Shown in pieces: positions 27,264-37,889 of a DNA stretch of 58,674 nt. The DNA is from an uncultured Succinatimonas sp. GTDB lineage: Bacteria; Pseudomonadota; Gammaproteobacteria; Enterobacterales; Succinivibrionaceae. Below the pieces are notes generated by a model. That model saw only the letters and a list, made by a program, of their open reading frames with translations. It was not told the DNA's origin and did no database searches. The stretch is taken from the NCBI GenBank assembly GCA_905201175.1, contig CAJKNC010000001.1, positions 1-58,674 on the forward strand. The letters run 5' to 3'. A program made the translations under genes and the position numbers. The first letter of the stretch is position 1. Each line of letters starts with the position of its first letter.

Positions 27264-28199
27264 ATGGACAAAAATATCATTTTTGCTGGCACGCCTGATT
27301 TTGCCGCTATTCATCTTCAAGCTTTAATTGATGCAAATTTAAAACCTAAAGTTGTTTACACTCAGCCAGACAGACCTTGTGGACGAGGACATAAACTTAC
27401 CCCTTCTCCGGTAAAAACTTTAGCGCAGAAATACGGCATCGAAGTAAGAACTCCGCTAAACTTTAAAGATGACGCTGATATCCAAAACTTTATAGCTTTA
27501 AAAAGCGATCTATTTATTGTTGTAGCTTACGGCATAATTTTGCCAGAAGCGATTATAAATGCTCCTGCTTACGGATGCATCAATGTTCATGGTTCGCTTC
27601 TACCTAAGTATAGAGGAGCTGCTCCAATTCAAAGAGCTCTTTTAAACGGCGACAAGCAGACAGGGGTCACAATCATGAAAATTGCTAAAGCTTTAGATGC
27701 TGGCGATATTTATGTTAAAGCCACCTTAGATATTACTGATAACGATACATCTCTTAGCCTATTTGAAAAATTAGCCGCTTTAGGAGCTCAAACCTTAGTT
27801 GAATCTGTTCCTAAAATTTTAAATGGCTGCCTTAAAACAGAAGCTCAAGATGAAAGCCTTGCAACTTATGCGCAAAAACTTTCAAAAGAAGAATCCGCAC
27901 TTGATTTTACTCTCACTGCTGATAAGTTATGCCTAAAGATCCGTGGCCTTAATCCTTGGCCGATTGCTACTTTAAAGCATAACAATGTTACCTATAAGGT
28001 CTTTGATGCTAAGCCATATGTAAAATATGGTAATTGCGGCGAGATTTTAGAATGCAATCGCGACGGTATTATTATCGGATGCCAAAATGGCAGTTTATGC
28101 ATTACTCAAATACAAGAACCTGGCCACAAACGCGTCAATGCTGCTGATTTAGCGCGTTCTCGTCCGGATCTTTTTGCCATAGGAAGTATTTGTGACTGA
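27264..28199 (+). CDS. fmt: Methionyl-tRNA formyltransferase
   Basis: 'IIFAGTPDFA', 'TQPDRP', 'VVAYG', 'INVHGSLLPKYRGAAPIQRA'. ATG at 27264 (AAGGA upstream) preferred over 27237. Confidence 0.96.
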   Translation: MDKNIIFAGTPDFAAIHLQALIDANLKPKVVYTQPDRPCGRGHKLTPSPVKTLAQKYGIEVRTPLNFKDDADIQNFIALKSDLFIVVAYGIILPEAIINAPAYGCINVHGSLLPKYRGAAPIQRALLNGDKQTGVTIMKIAKALDAGDIYVKATLDITDNDTSLSLFEKLAALGAQTLVESVPKILNGCLKTEAQDESLATYAQKLSKEESALDFTLTADKLCLKIRGLNPWPIATLKHNNVTYKVFDAKPYVKYGNCGEILECNRDGIIIGCQNGSLCITQIQEPGHKRVNAADLARSRPDLFAIGSICD

Positions 28200-29643
28200 A
28201 AAATTACATTTAAAGCACCCTGCTGCTAAAGCAAAAATTGAAAAAAAATTATCTTTACATAAAAGATCTGGTATTACTGAAAAAAAATATCAGCATCAAG
28301 CTCTGAGTAATAGCATTACAGCTGGAGCTCCTTCACGAGCTGCTGCTGCTATGTGCATAAGCGCTATCGAGCAAGGCCGTTCTCTAACTGAAGCTTTACC
28401 CGAGTACACCAGAGATTTAGAGCAACGAGACAAAGCTTTCGTACAGGAATTAGTTTATGGAACTTTACGCCATCGCCGTTTATTAAACTTAACCTTAAGT
28501 AAATATCTTAATCATTCCTTAAACGTACGCTTTATTGCTGCTAGAGCCTTGCTTCTAAGCGGCATTTATCAGATTATTTTTACTCGTACTCCACCTCACG
28601 CAGTAGTAGCGGCAACTGTCGGAGCTTGCTCCTTATGCCGCTGCAAAGCCTTGACCGGGCTTGTTAACGCCATTTTACGAAATTTTTTGCGTAATGGTGC
28701 TGTATTAGAAGATAGCGATAACTTAGCCATCAAATACTCTTTCCCTGATTGGCTTTATAAGACTTTACAGCAAGACTACAAAGATCAAGTTGAAACTATT
28801 TTAGAAAATTCAAATGAACATGCTCCTTTATGGCTGCGCGTGGAAAATTCTAAAATATCTACTATTGATTATTTAAAAATTTTAGATAATCACGAAATTC
28901 ATGCCAAACGCAGCCCTTTAATTGAAAATGCCTTAAGATTAGATGAGCCTGTAGGCGTAAATAAAATACCTCGCTTTAGTCAAGGCTTGGTAACTGTACA
29001 GGATCTTTCAGCGCAATTAGTTGCTCCGCTATTAGATCTAAAAGAAGGTGATGCTGTTTTAGATGCCTGCTGCGCACCTGGCGGCAAAAGTGCTCATATT
29101 CTGGATATATGTCCAAAGGCTAATCTTACTTGTACGGACATCAGCGAAGACAGACTTAAAGCAACATCACAGACCTTCAAGCGTTTAGGAAGAAATCCTA
29201 AGCTATTGCAGAGTGATGCAGCTGACGGACTTAAGGGAGTTGAGGGGGTCTTTGATAAAATTTTAGCTGATGTACCTTGTTCAGGCACTGGGGTTATCAG
29301 GCGTCATCCTGATATAAAATGGCTCAGACGGCAAAAAGATATTGAAGCCTTAAACCATAGTCAGGATAAAATCTTAGATACACTTTTTGAACGACTTAAA
29401 GTTGGCGGTATTTTAGTTTATACAACTTGTTCCATCCTGAAGTCTGAAAATGAAACACGCATACAGAAATTTTTAGATCGTCATCCAAATGCTTCTTTAT
29501 TGCCTTTCAACATGAAAGGACAAAACGTCAGCTTGTATCAAAACCTTCCAGGAGAAGATGGCGGCGATGGCTTCTTTTATGCCCGCGTCACTAAAAAACT
29601 GTATGAAGATCATTATATTAGGATCTGGAAATGTCGGCATTGA
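28192..29643 (+). CDS. rsmB: 16S rRNA m5C967 methyltransferase
   Basis: NusB-like N-domain, 'VQDLSAQ', 'DACCAPGGKS', 'DVPCSGTGVIRRHPDIKW', 'YTTCS', 'DGFFYA'. Confidence 0.95.
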   Translation: MTEKLHLKHPAAKAKIEKKLSLHKRSGITEKKYQHQALSNSITAGAPSRAAAAMCISAIEQGRSLTEALPEYTRDLEQRDKAFVQELVYGTLRHRRLLNLTLSKYLNHSLNVRFIAARALLLSGIYQIIFTRTPPHAVVAATVGACSLCRCKALTGLVNAILRNFLRNGAVLEDSDNLAIKYSFPDWLYKTLQQDYKDQVETILENSNEHAPLWLRVENSKISTIDYLKILDNHEIHAKRSPLIENALRLDEPVGVNKIPRFSQGLVTVQDLSAQLVAPLLDLKEGDAVLDACCAPGGKSAHILDICPKANLTCTDISEDRLKATSQTFKRLGRNPKLLQSDAADGLKGVEGVFDKILADVPCSGTGVIRRHPDIKWLRRQKDIEALNHSQDKILDTLFERLKVGGILVYTTCSILKSENETRIQKFLDRHPNASLLPFNMKGQNVSLYQNLPGEDGGDGFFYARVTKKLYEDHYIRIWKCRH

Positions 29644-30994
29644 ACTAGCGAAATACCTTGTTAATGCCGGCCACGCTGTAACACTGGTAGATAATGCTTC
29701 CGAAGACTTGTCTCAGGCAGGTAACCGTCTTGATCTGCGAGTAGTCATCGGAAACCCTGCCTCACCTACAGTATTGCGCAATGCTGGAGCTGAAAACACA
29801 GAATTATTAGTTGCAGCCACCCCTGACGATGAAGTAAATATTACCGCCTGCAGTGTCGGTGCATTTTTATTTCGCATCCCTAGAAAAATTGCCAGAATTA
29901 GATCCATTGACTATCTACGCGAGGCCGATAGCCTATTTGGCTCTAATGCAGTCCCCATAGATCATGTTATATCGCCAGAACATATCATCACCGATGATAT
30001 CTGCGACCTTATCGAATTGCCTGGAACCTCAGCTGTTGGCTCCTGCTTTAATGGCAGAGTTTTAGTTGCTACAGCTAAAGTGGCAGTTGGAGGAAAACTT
30101 ACCGGAGCGCCTGTTGAAAAATTTGAAAGCTTTGATGGCAAAGCTGTAGCTTTAGCTCTATATCGTCGCGGAAAATACGTAAAAGACTTTAAAAAAGATG
30201 TTTTCAAGCCAGGTGACACATTATACTTTTGCTGTGAGCGTGAACGTGCTTTAAGTCAATTAACAGCAATTGTACCTTTAAAAAAAGCATTATCTAATAT
30301 CACTATAGCAGGCGGCACTCATATTGCAGATGCTCTAGCTAGATCCCTCTCTGAGCGTTATCGCGTCAAGCTGATTGAAGAAGATGCTCAAAGAGCCGAA
30401 CGTTCAGCGGCTAATCTTTATGACACCTCAATTGAGGTCTATCACGGCAGCCCTATAGATATTGAATTTTTACACGAAGAGCACATTGATAAAAGCGACC
30501 TTTTTATTGCAGCGGCTCCTACTGATGAAAAAAACATCATGGCTTCGCTAATTTTAAGACGCATGCATAATATCCGAACTCTTGCCGTAATTAAAAATTC
30601 TGGCTACTACGATTTAGCTCAAGGAGAGCGCTCTGAAATCGATACTATTCTCTCTCCTAAGGATGCTACCATTTCTGCCTTGCTATCTAACATTCGTCAA
30701 GAAGGCGTAGAAAGCACCACTTTATTCCGTCAAGGAGAAAGTGAAGCTATTGAACTTGCGCTTGAAGGTTCAAAGTTTGGCAGTGTCGTTATAGGCAGAC
30801 GTTTAGAAAATCTTACATTCCCTGCAGGGGTTACTCTAGGATTAATTTTAAGGGGCCGTAAGCTCCTAATGCCTACGCCTGACCTAGTAATTGAAGATGG
30901 CGATCATCTTTTAGCTTATCTATCAGATCATCGTCAAATGCGTAGTTTAGTCAAAATGTGCAGACCACATTCTTTCTGGATCCCCAAATGGTAG
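29603..30994 (+). CDS. trkA: Trk potassium uptake regulatory subunit
   Basis: 'MKIIILGSGNVG', 'DEVNITAC', 'KIARIRS', two RCK modules. Follows rsmB. Confidence 0.92.
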   Translation: MKIIILGSGNVGIELAKYLVNAGHAVTLVDNASEDLSQAGNRLDLRVVIGNPASPTVLRNAGAENTELLVAATPDDEVNITACSVGAFLFRIPRKIARIRSIDYLREADSLFGSNAVPIDHVISPEHIITDDICDLIELPGTSAVGSCFNGRVLVATAKVAVGGKLTGAPVEKFESFDGKAVALALYRRGKYVKDFKKDVFKPGDTLYFCCERERALSQLTAIVPLKKALSNITIAGGTHIADALARSLSERYRVKLIEEDAQRAERSAANLYDTSIEVYHGSPIDIEFLHEEHIDKSDLFIAAAPTDEKNIMASLILRRMHNIRTLAVIKNSGYYDLAQGERSEIDTILSPKDATISALLSNIRQEGVESTTLFRQGESEAIELALEGSKFGSVVIGRRLENLTFPAGVTLGLILRGRKLLMPTPDLVIEDGDHLLAYLSDHRQMRSLVKMCRPHSFWIPKW

Positions 30995-32442
30995 TTGACC
31001 TTCGTCTTATAACAAAACTTTTAGGTTCTTCCCTTTTTTGGCTGGGCATTATTGCTATAGTTCCAGCTCTATATGCCTTATTCAGTAAAACCCCCGGAAC
31101 ATTAGAATTTTTACTTACTGCTGCTGTTGGAACTGCTATAGGAGCACTTTTACGTTTTTTCAGCAAAAACGCAAGTCTCAAAGCTTCTTTACGTGAGCTT
31201 TTTTTATTTACAGGCGTCTTATGGTTATGTATGACCCTTTTAGGAATTATTCCCTTTTATACTATCCTGCCTGACCTAAATTTTGCCTCATCATTTTTCG
31301 AAAGTGCTTCAGCGCTATCTACAACTGGAAGTACCGTAATTTCCAATTTGGACAGTCGGCCGCCGGCAATTTTACTATGGCGTTCAATTCTGCAATTCTT
31401 AGGAGGCATTGGCTTCGTAGTTATAGGCGTAGCAATTCTGCCGAATATTGCTATGGGAGGCATGGCTTTATTTAAAACAGAATCAACATCTTTTGATGGC
31501 AATGCCAAAAATACCCCGCACATTAAAACTATGGCTTTAAGCATCTTATCTTGGTATCTGCTTACAGCCGCGCTGTGCAGCTTCTTTTATTATTTAGGCG
31601 GCTTCGATCCTTTTTTAGCTATAAATAGTGCCCTTTGCACCGTCTCAACTGGAGGCATGATGCCTATAGATGCTTCTATGAACGATGCAAGCCCCTTCAT
31701 ACACTATACTGCTATGGTATTTATGTTTTTAGGCAGCTGCCCATTTTTGCTAATCTTAAGATCTCTTGCGGATGATTTCTTTGATTTTTTCCGTGATGAA
31801 CAGGTGCGCTATTATTTAGTCTTTATCGTTGTTCTATCTATAAGCATCGCTATTACTCTTATAAAATTTAATAACTATGATATCGAACATGCTTTTAGAA
31901 TAGCTTTTTTCAATGTAATTGCAGTCTTATCTTCAACATGCTTCAGTCTTGAAGATTTCTCTCAATGGAACTCCTTTGCCACAATCGTATTCACCATGAT
32001 TTTAGGCATCGGCGGCTGTGCTGGATCTACAGCCGGCGGCATTAAGATTTTCAGAATTGTTGTATGCTTTTCGATGTTTAAAACAGAAATTGTTAAAAGC
32101 TTACATCCACATGCCATGATCGAACCGCGCTACAATAAGCGTCCGATTGATAGCAATACTATGCGAGCCGTAGTTACCTATTTAGTTGCCTATTTACTTG
32201 TGACTGCAACCTCATCTGTAATTGCAGCTAGCTATGGACTAGAACCAGGCGACGCCTTCACCTTTACGGTTTCATCCTTATCTAATATCGGTCAAGGCAT
32301 GGGTCCTACAATTAATCCCTCTATAAATAACGTTTCTTTACGCGATGAACTCTATTTCCTCTTTGGTCTGGATATGCTGCTTGGACGTCTGGAAATTTTA
32401 CCTGTACTTTTATGTTTTACTAGAATTTTCTGGAGACGTTAA
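30988..32442 (+). CDS. trkH: Trk potassium uptake membrane subunit
   Basis: 'FFESASALSTTGST', 'WRSILQFLGGIG', 'STGG', 'GGCAGSTAGGIK', 'MLLGRLEI'. Confidence 0.92.
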   Translation: MVVDLRLITKLLGSSLFWLGIIAIVPALYALFSKTPGTLEFLLTAAVGTAIGALLRFFSKNASLKASLRELFLFTGVLWLCMTLLGIIPFYTILPDLNFASSFFESASALSTTGSTVISNLDSRPPAILLWRSILQFLGGIGFVVIGVAILPNIAMGGMALFKTESTSFDGNAKNTPHIKTMALSILSWYLLTAALCSFFYYLGGFDPFLAINSALCTVSTGGMMPIDASMNDASPFIHYTAMVFMFLGSCPFLLILRSLADDFFDFFRDEQVRYYLVFIVVLSISIAITLIKFNNYDIEHAFRIAFFNVIAVLSSTCFSLEDFSQWNSFATIVFTMILGIGGCAGSTAGGIKIFRIVVCFSMFKTEIVKSLHPHAMIEPRYNKRPIDSNTMRAVVTYLVAYLLVTATSSVIAASYGLEPGDAFTFTVSSLSNIGQGMGPTINPSINNVSLRDELYFLFGLDMLLGRLEILPVLLCFTRIFWRR

Positions 32443-33377
32443 GCATAAACCCAAAAATCTAAAGTCAATACAATAATCCACGCTGTATGATGAATTGCAC
32501 AGCCTAAAGCAGTGTATTTAAGTTCGCGAGCCACTTTTTCAGGCTTATTTATATTTTTAACGGTTCTAAAAGATGCAGCTACCAAAGGTATCAATGCAAA
32601 AATAATTACCGATAACTCCCAGACTTTATGAGAAAAAACGCATGCTGCAACAGAGGTAAGAATTGTACCTACTAACAAAGCTAATAAATATATCCCTGAC
32701 AGCTTAAAACCCAAAAAAGAAGCCAGAGTATGCTTGCCGTTCTGACGATCTTCTATAATATCACGAGTACTCGCTACATGTAGAACCATTACTGAGCCTA
32801 AGCCCGAGCTTATGCCTAAAAGCAAAGTATCAGGGTACATATCCAAACCGTTTTCACTTGCTGCAGTAATTAAAATTTGCGAACCAATAACCGCTACTAA
32901 TCCGAAAAAAATAAAAACAGCTATATCACCAAAACCTTTATAGCCGTAAGCCATGCCTATGGTATAAAACAAAGCCGCTAATATAGATATAACTCCTAGG
33001 AAAATAAACCAAGATAATACCTGAAGATTATTTCCTACAGCCAAAAATACAGCTAAAGCTCCGCATATGGTTGCCAAAATGGTCACCACCGCCATGCCTT
33101 TGCGTAATTGAGTCAAGGAAATAGCCCCAACCATCACTGCTCTGATCGGGCCCTTACGATTTTTGCCATCAGCTTGACGATAGGCATCACCATAATCGTT
33201 AGCAAAATTACATAAAATCTGCAGCATGACTCCGGTTATTACTATGCATACGGCAGTAATTATGGTATACAAAGACACATCACCATAATAAAAGCCTAAT
33301 GCACAGCCTAAAGCGCAATTAGTAAAACCTAAAAGAAGCGTCCTTGGACGCATTTCATTGATCCAATCTGACAGCAT
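32439..33377 (-). CDS. menA: 1,4-dihydroxy-2-naphthoate polyprenyltransferase
   Basis: 'RPRTL', 'LQILCNFANDYGD', 'YGYKGFGDIAVFIFFG', 'RDIIEDRQNGKHTLA'. ATG at 33377 preferred. Confidence 0.9.
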   Translation of the reverse strand: MLSDWINEMRPRTLLLGFTNCALGCALGFYYGDVSLYTIITAVCIVITGVMLQILCNFANDYGDAYRQADGKNRKGPIRAVMVGAISLTQLRKGMAVVTILATICGALAVFLAVGNNLQVLSWFIFLGVISILAALFYTIGMAYGYKGFGDIAVFIFFGLVAVIGSQILITAASENGLDMYPDTLLLGISSGLGSVMVLHVASTRDIIEDRQNGKHTLASFLGFKLSGIYLLALLVGTILTSVAACVFSHKVWELSVIIFALIPLVAASFRTVKNINKPEKVARELKYTALGCAIHHTAWIIVLTLDFWVYA

Positions 33378-33555
33378 GGAACTCTCTCGCAATATAAAAA
33401 TCAAACAGATTTTATATTTTAACAAAAATAAAATCTTAAATTAGGAAATCTTCCTTAAAGATCCTAATTTAGAGTTTCTGTTTTTATTATCCGTACCGGA
33501 TAAAATTAAGTATAAAATCTTTTTTAAATACTTAACTCCTCTAGGCACCGACAAT

Positions 33556-33564
33556 TGTTATAAT
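33556..33564 (+). promoter_or_regulatory. Extended -10 promoter element for rnb
   Basis: TG-T-TATAAT about 28 bp upstream of the GGAG-preceded ATG. Confidence 0.5.
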
Positions 33565-33592
33565 CTGCAACGTTATTAAATTTGGAGAAACT

Positions 33593-35593
33593 ATGTTATT
33601 CAACGATCCAGCTTTACGCGAGCTCAAACAGAAATTTGATCGCGAAAAAGTAAAAAAAGAAGGCTGCGTTAAGGCTACTGATCGCGGTTTTGGTTTTCTA
33701 GAGGTTGACCGTGACCAATCTTATTTCATTGCACCTAATGACATGCGCAATGTTATGCACGGTGATCGCATCAGTGCTTTTATAGAAGAAGACAGCAATG
33801 GCAGGCAGCATGCCATACCTCAAAAACTTATTGAAGCTAATTTAAAACGCTTCGTCGCCTGCGTTTCCATTGCAAATGGCAAAATTTATGTAATTGCAGA
33901 TCACCCCAATATCAAAAACCGCATTATTGCAATCGATAAGCGACCTGAGGATAAAACTCCTTTACATAATGGCGATTTTGTTATCTGCAACCTGTTTTCC
34001 CATGCTTTAAAAGGTCATGTCTTTAAAGCAGATATTATTGAACTTATCTGTAAAAAGAACGATCCTAAGGCGCCCTGGAAAGTATCTTTGCGCCGCTATG
34101 ATCTGCCCTTAAAAGAGCCTGACGATGAAGCTTTTGAATTTTTAGAAAGTACTTATGAGCGTACTGATTTAACTGCCCTTGATTTTGTTACTATCGACAG
34201 TGCTCACACTGAAGACATGGATGATGCTCTATATATAGAAAAAGATGCATCCGGCTTTAAACTTTATGTCGCCATTGCTGATCCTACCGGTTATATAAGC
34301 GAAACATCCAAGTTTAACGATCAAGCAGCTAATCGGGCATTTTCAATATATTTGCCAGGGCATGATATCCCTATGCTTCCCCGCGCTCTTTCTGATAATT
34401 TATGCTCTTTAAGGCCAGGACAATCCCGCCCTACCTTGGTAGGAATTATGCACTGCGATCCAGATGGCAGACTAGATTTTAGTGCAACTAAATTTATCCT
34501 TGCAAATATAATCTCTAAAGGCAAGCTTGTATATAACGAAGTTTCAGATTATTTGGAGGGTAAAGAAAATGCAAAAGTACCTGAAGAAAATATCATTAAG
34601 CTCTTAAAGATATTAGTGGAATTTACCAAAGTCCGCGACAATTACAGAGCAACCCATGCAGCTTCTTTCCGTAATCATCCTGATTATGAATTTATTTTAA
34701 CTAAAGAAGGTTCTTTAGATCATATTGAGGTAAATTACCGCCGTATTGCCAATCAAATTGTAGAAGAAGCCATGATTGCAGCCAATATTTGTGCAGGTGA
34801 ATTTTTAAAAGAAAAGCTCAATTGCGGTATTTTCAATGTTCACAGCGGCTTTGACATGGATAAGAAAAAGGATATTCTTGCTTTGCTTGAGCAAGAGCAA
34901 TGTCCAATTCCTCCATCAGGCATCGATAGCTTACAAGGATATAACGAGATCCGTCGCTTTGCTAATAAGCAGCATGACAATTATATGGATTGCCGCATAC
35001 GCAGATTACAGGCTTTCTCTCAAATGAGCATTGTTCCTGCGCCTCATTATGCTTTAGGCGTAGAAAATTATGCAACCTGGACATCCCCCATCCGCAAATA
35101 CGGCGATATGGTAAATCATCGCTTGCTTAAAGCTATTGTAGTAAATGCCGATCACCCTAAGCTTCCTGATGAAGAGCTATTGCAAAAAATGAACCTAGCT
35201 CGCCGCACTAACCGCATGGCTGAACGAGATGTCCGTGATTGGCTGTATATGGATTATTTAAAACCAGATATTGCTAAAGGAACTGTCTTTGAGGCTGAAG
35301 TGTTTGATTTAAGCAGAGGCGGTCTGCGCGTCATTCTTGATGAGAATGGGGCTATGGTTTTTGTCCCGTCGGTATTTATAAGCGACAATCGCGATGCTTT
35401 TATCTTAGATGGCGATTTAGGAATTATGACTGTAAATGGTGAAGTCAAATTGCGTCTTGGTGATAAGATTTCTGTAAAAATATTCGAAATAAATCGCCAA
35501 ACCCGCTCAATTACAGCAATTCCTGCTCAAAGTATAGGCGGACTTTTATTGCCAGATCCTAAAAATTTGGCAAATAAAGATAGCCGGCGCTAG
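33593..35593 (+). CDS. rnb: Exoribonuclease II
   Basis: 'VKATDRGFGFLE', catalytic 'TIDSAHTEDMDDAL', 'YATWTSPIRKYGDMVNHRL', S1 C-terminus. Confidence 0.95.
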   Translation: MLFNDPALRELKQKFDREKVKKEGCVKATDRGFGFLEVDRDQSYFIAPNDMRNVMHGDRISAFIEEDSNGRQHAIPQKLIEANLKRFVACVSIANGKIYVIADHPNIKNRIIAIDKRPEDKTPLHNGDFVICNLFSHALKGHVFKADIIELICKKNDPKAPWKVSLRRYDLPLKEPDDEAFEFLESTYERTDLTALDFVTIDSAHTEDMDDALYIEKDASGFKLYVAIADPTGYISETSKFNDQAANRAFSIYLPGHDIPMLPRALSDNLCSLRPGQSRPTLVGIMHCDPDGRLDFSATKFILANIISKGKLVYNEVSDYLEGKENAKVPEENIIKLLKILVEFTKVRDNYRATHAASFRNHPDYEFILTKEGSLDHIEVNYRRIANQIVEEAMIAANICAGEFLKEKLNCGIFNVHSGFDMDKKKDILALLEQEQCPIPPSGIDSLQGYNEIRRFANKQHDNYMDCRIRRLQAFSQMSIVPAPHYALGVENYATWTSPIRKYGDMVNHRLLKAIVVNADHPKLPDEELLQKMNLARRTNRMAERDVRDWLYMDYLKPDIAKGTVFEAEVFDLSRGGLRVILDENGAMVFVPSVFISDNRDAFILDGDLGIMTVNGEVKLRLGDKISVKIFEINRQTRSITAIPAQSIGGLLLPDPKNLANKDSRR

Positions 35594-35597
35594 ATAC

Positions 35598-35660
35598 TAA
35601 AAAAGCCTCCTAATTAAAAATAGCTTTGATTATACAGCTAATAAAATTAAGAGGCTTTTG
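35598..35660. terminator. Long interrupted hairpin between convergent rnb and prlC
   Basis: AAAAGCCTC (35601-09) / GAGGCTTTT (35651-59), with inner TAATT/AATTA and TAGCT/AGCTA pairs. Confidence 0.6.
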
Positions 35661-35678
35661 GATAACCCTGATTAATTT

Positions 35679-37742
35679 TTAATAATTGATCCCGCTTTGT
35701 TCAAGCAAAGCCTCAACCTGAGGCTCGCGCCCCCTAAACTTCACAAAATTCTCCATCATATCGCAGGCACCTCCGCAGGAGAGAATTAAATCCTCAAAAT
35801 CCTGTCCGGCTTTACGATCAAAAATGCCATCTTCGATAAAACGTCCGAATGCGTCGGCAGCTAATACCTCAGCCCATTTATAGCTGTAATAACCGGCAGC
35901 ATAGCCTCCTGCAAAAATATGGGAAAAACTGTTAGCAAAACGATTCAATGGGCTTACAGGGACCACTGCAACCTTTTCTCTAACCTCATTTAAAATCTTA
36001 TTTACCTGACCTTTAAGCCCGCACTTATATTCAAGATGTAATCTAAAGTCAAAAAGAGCAAATTCAAGCTGACGCAGCATAGCCATAGCAGAATGGAAAT
36101 TTTTTGCAGCTAGCAAACTATCAATCTTGCTTTGAGCTAATGGTTCATGAGTATTAACATGCCCCGAGAGCAAAGGCAGGGCTTCCTTTTGCCAAGCAAA
36201 GTTTTCATTAAACTGAGAAGGCAATTCAACAGCATCCCAAGGAACTCCGTTAATTCCGGAGACATCAGCAACGTCAATACGTGTTAATAACTGATTTAAG
36301 CCATGGCCAAATTCATGGAATAAAGTTACTACCTCATCATGAGTAAGCTGAGACTGTGCTCCATCAACTGGACGAGTAAAATTACAAACCAAATAAGTTA
36401 CTGGCAACTGTAAGGTTCCATCTGCTCGATGACGGCGAGTTAAACACTCATCCATCCATGCCCCGCCCTGCTTTCCTGCTCTTGCATAAAGGTCCATATA
36501 GAAAGTACCGATGCAGCTGCCAAATTTATCTTCATAAATATCATAGGTACGGACGTTTTCATTCCAAACATCATCGCCACTGCGCTCTTTAAAGGAAACT
36601 GCATACAAACGATGAGCACATTCAAATAAGCCGGAAATTACCTTATCAATGGGGAAATAAGGACGCAATTCTTCAGCATTATAAGCATAACGTTCCTGCC
36701 GAAGCTTTTCTGACCAATAAGATAAATCCCAAGGCTCCAACTCATAGTCAGCCCCGCATTTTTTAGCATAGGCTCTTAATTGCTGCATCTCTTCAAGAGC
36801 CTGCGGCCGAGATTTCTCAGCTAAATCAGTTAAAAAATCTACGACCTTTTGAGGATTAGGCGCCATCTTAGTTGCTAAGGACAAATGAGCATAGGAATCA
36901 AAGCCTAGCAAATTAGCCATTTCATGACGCAAAGCCAAAATTTCTTCAATTACTTCGCTGTTGTCCCACTTATTTGCATCAGGACCTGTCTCTGAAGCAC
37001 GGCTGACATAAGCCTCATATAAATTTTGTCTTAAGCTGCGATTATCAGCATAAGTCATAAATGGAATATAAGAAGGCATATCTAAGGTAATCACCCATCC
37101 TTCTTTCCCTCGGGCCTGAGCCTCGCTCTTTGCAAGCTTAATAGCTCCTGCAGGCAGACCTTTTAGATCATCAAAGTTTTTAATTTCTAAAATAAAGCTA
37201 TGAGTAGCATCTAAGACATTATTAGCAAACTTTGCTTGCAGCTGAGAAAGTCTTGAAGAAATTTCTGTATAGCGTTTTTGCTTCTGCGGATCTAAATCAA
37301 CGCCGCTTAAGCGAAAATCGCGCAATGAATTTTCAATAGCCCGGCGTTTAGCAAAAGACAGGCCCTTAAATTCAGCACTCTTTGATAAAGTTAATAAAGC
37401 TTCATATAACGGACGGTATTGGCCTACCCAAGATGTATATTCAGAAATCAGAGGCAAACATTCGTCATAAGCCTTACGCAAAGGCTCTGTATTACAAACA
37501 TTATTTAAATGATTGGCTATTGACCAAACTCTTGATAGTTTATCGTCAGCCTCTTCAATGGGGACTAAGAGCTTAGAATAACTAGGAGCAGCCCCCTCTC
37601 GCTTACACAGATCAATAATCAACTGACGGCAATTCTCAATACAATGCTCTAAAGCAGGCTTTAAATGCTCGGGCTTTACTTGTGAAAATTTAGGAAATCC
37701 TGAAAAATTCAATAAAGGATTTGTAGGCAATGAATCAGACAT
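35679..37742 (-). CDS. prlC: Oligopeptidase A (M3 family)
   Basis: 'NPLL', 'KQGGAWM', HEXXH in 'LFHEFGH', 'WDAVELPSQ', 'FSHIFAGGYAAGYYSYKWAE'. Confidence 0.95.
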   Translation of the reverse strand: MSDSLPTNPLLNFSGFPKFSQVKPEHLKPALEHCIENCRQLIIDLCKREGAAPSYSKLLVPIEEADDKLSRVWSIANHLNNVCNTEPLRKAYDECLPLISEYTSWVGQYRPLYEALLTLSKSAEFKGLSFAKRRAIENSLRDFRLSGVDLDPQKQKRYTEISSRLSQLQAKFANNVLDATHSFILEIKNFDDLKGLPAGAIKLAKSEAQARGKEGWVITLDMPSYIPFMTYADNRSLRQNLYEAYVSRASETGPDANKWDNSEVIEEILALRHEMANLLGFDSYAHLSLATKMAPNPQKVVDFLTDLAEKSRPQALEEMQQLRAYAKKCGADYELEPWDLSYWSEKLRQERYAYNAEELRPYFPIDKVISGLFECAHRLYAVSFKERSGDDVWNENVRTYDIYEDKFGSCIGTFYMDLYARAGKQGGAWMDECLTRRHRADGTLQLPVTYLVCNFTRPVDGAQSQLTHDEVVTLFHEFGHGLNQLLTRIDVADVSGINGVPWDAVELPSQFNENFAWQKEALPLLSGHVNTHEPLAQSKIDSLLAAKNFHSAMAMLRQLEFALFDFRLHLEYKCGLKGQVNKILNEVREKVAVVPVSPLNRFANSFSHIFAGGYAAGYYSYKWAEVLAADAFGRFIEDGIFDRKAGQDFEDLILSCGGACDMMENFVKFRGREPQVEALLEQSGINY

Positions 37743-37889
37743 GCTTCAACCTTAAAATATTTAGCTATAGGTGTTTTTGATAGAAAATAGGCTATGTGCT
37801 AAGATGTTAATGCACTCTTGTTTCCAAGAATAACTCCTTTTTTCTTTATCTATTATATGTATATGGGGGAGTTTCTAAACTTTTTCGAT

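Noticed and set aside
29558..29643. Frameshift or fusion between rsmB and trkA
   Set aside because: Both proteins are complete. trkA starts at ATG 29603, so this is a simple 41-bp overlap.
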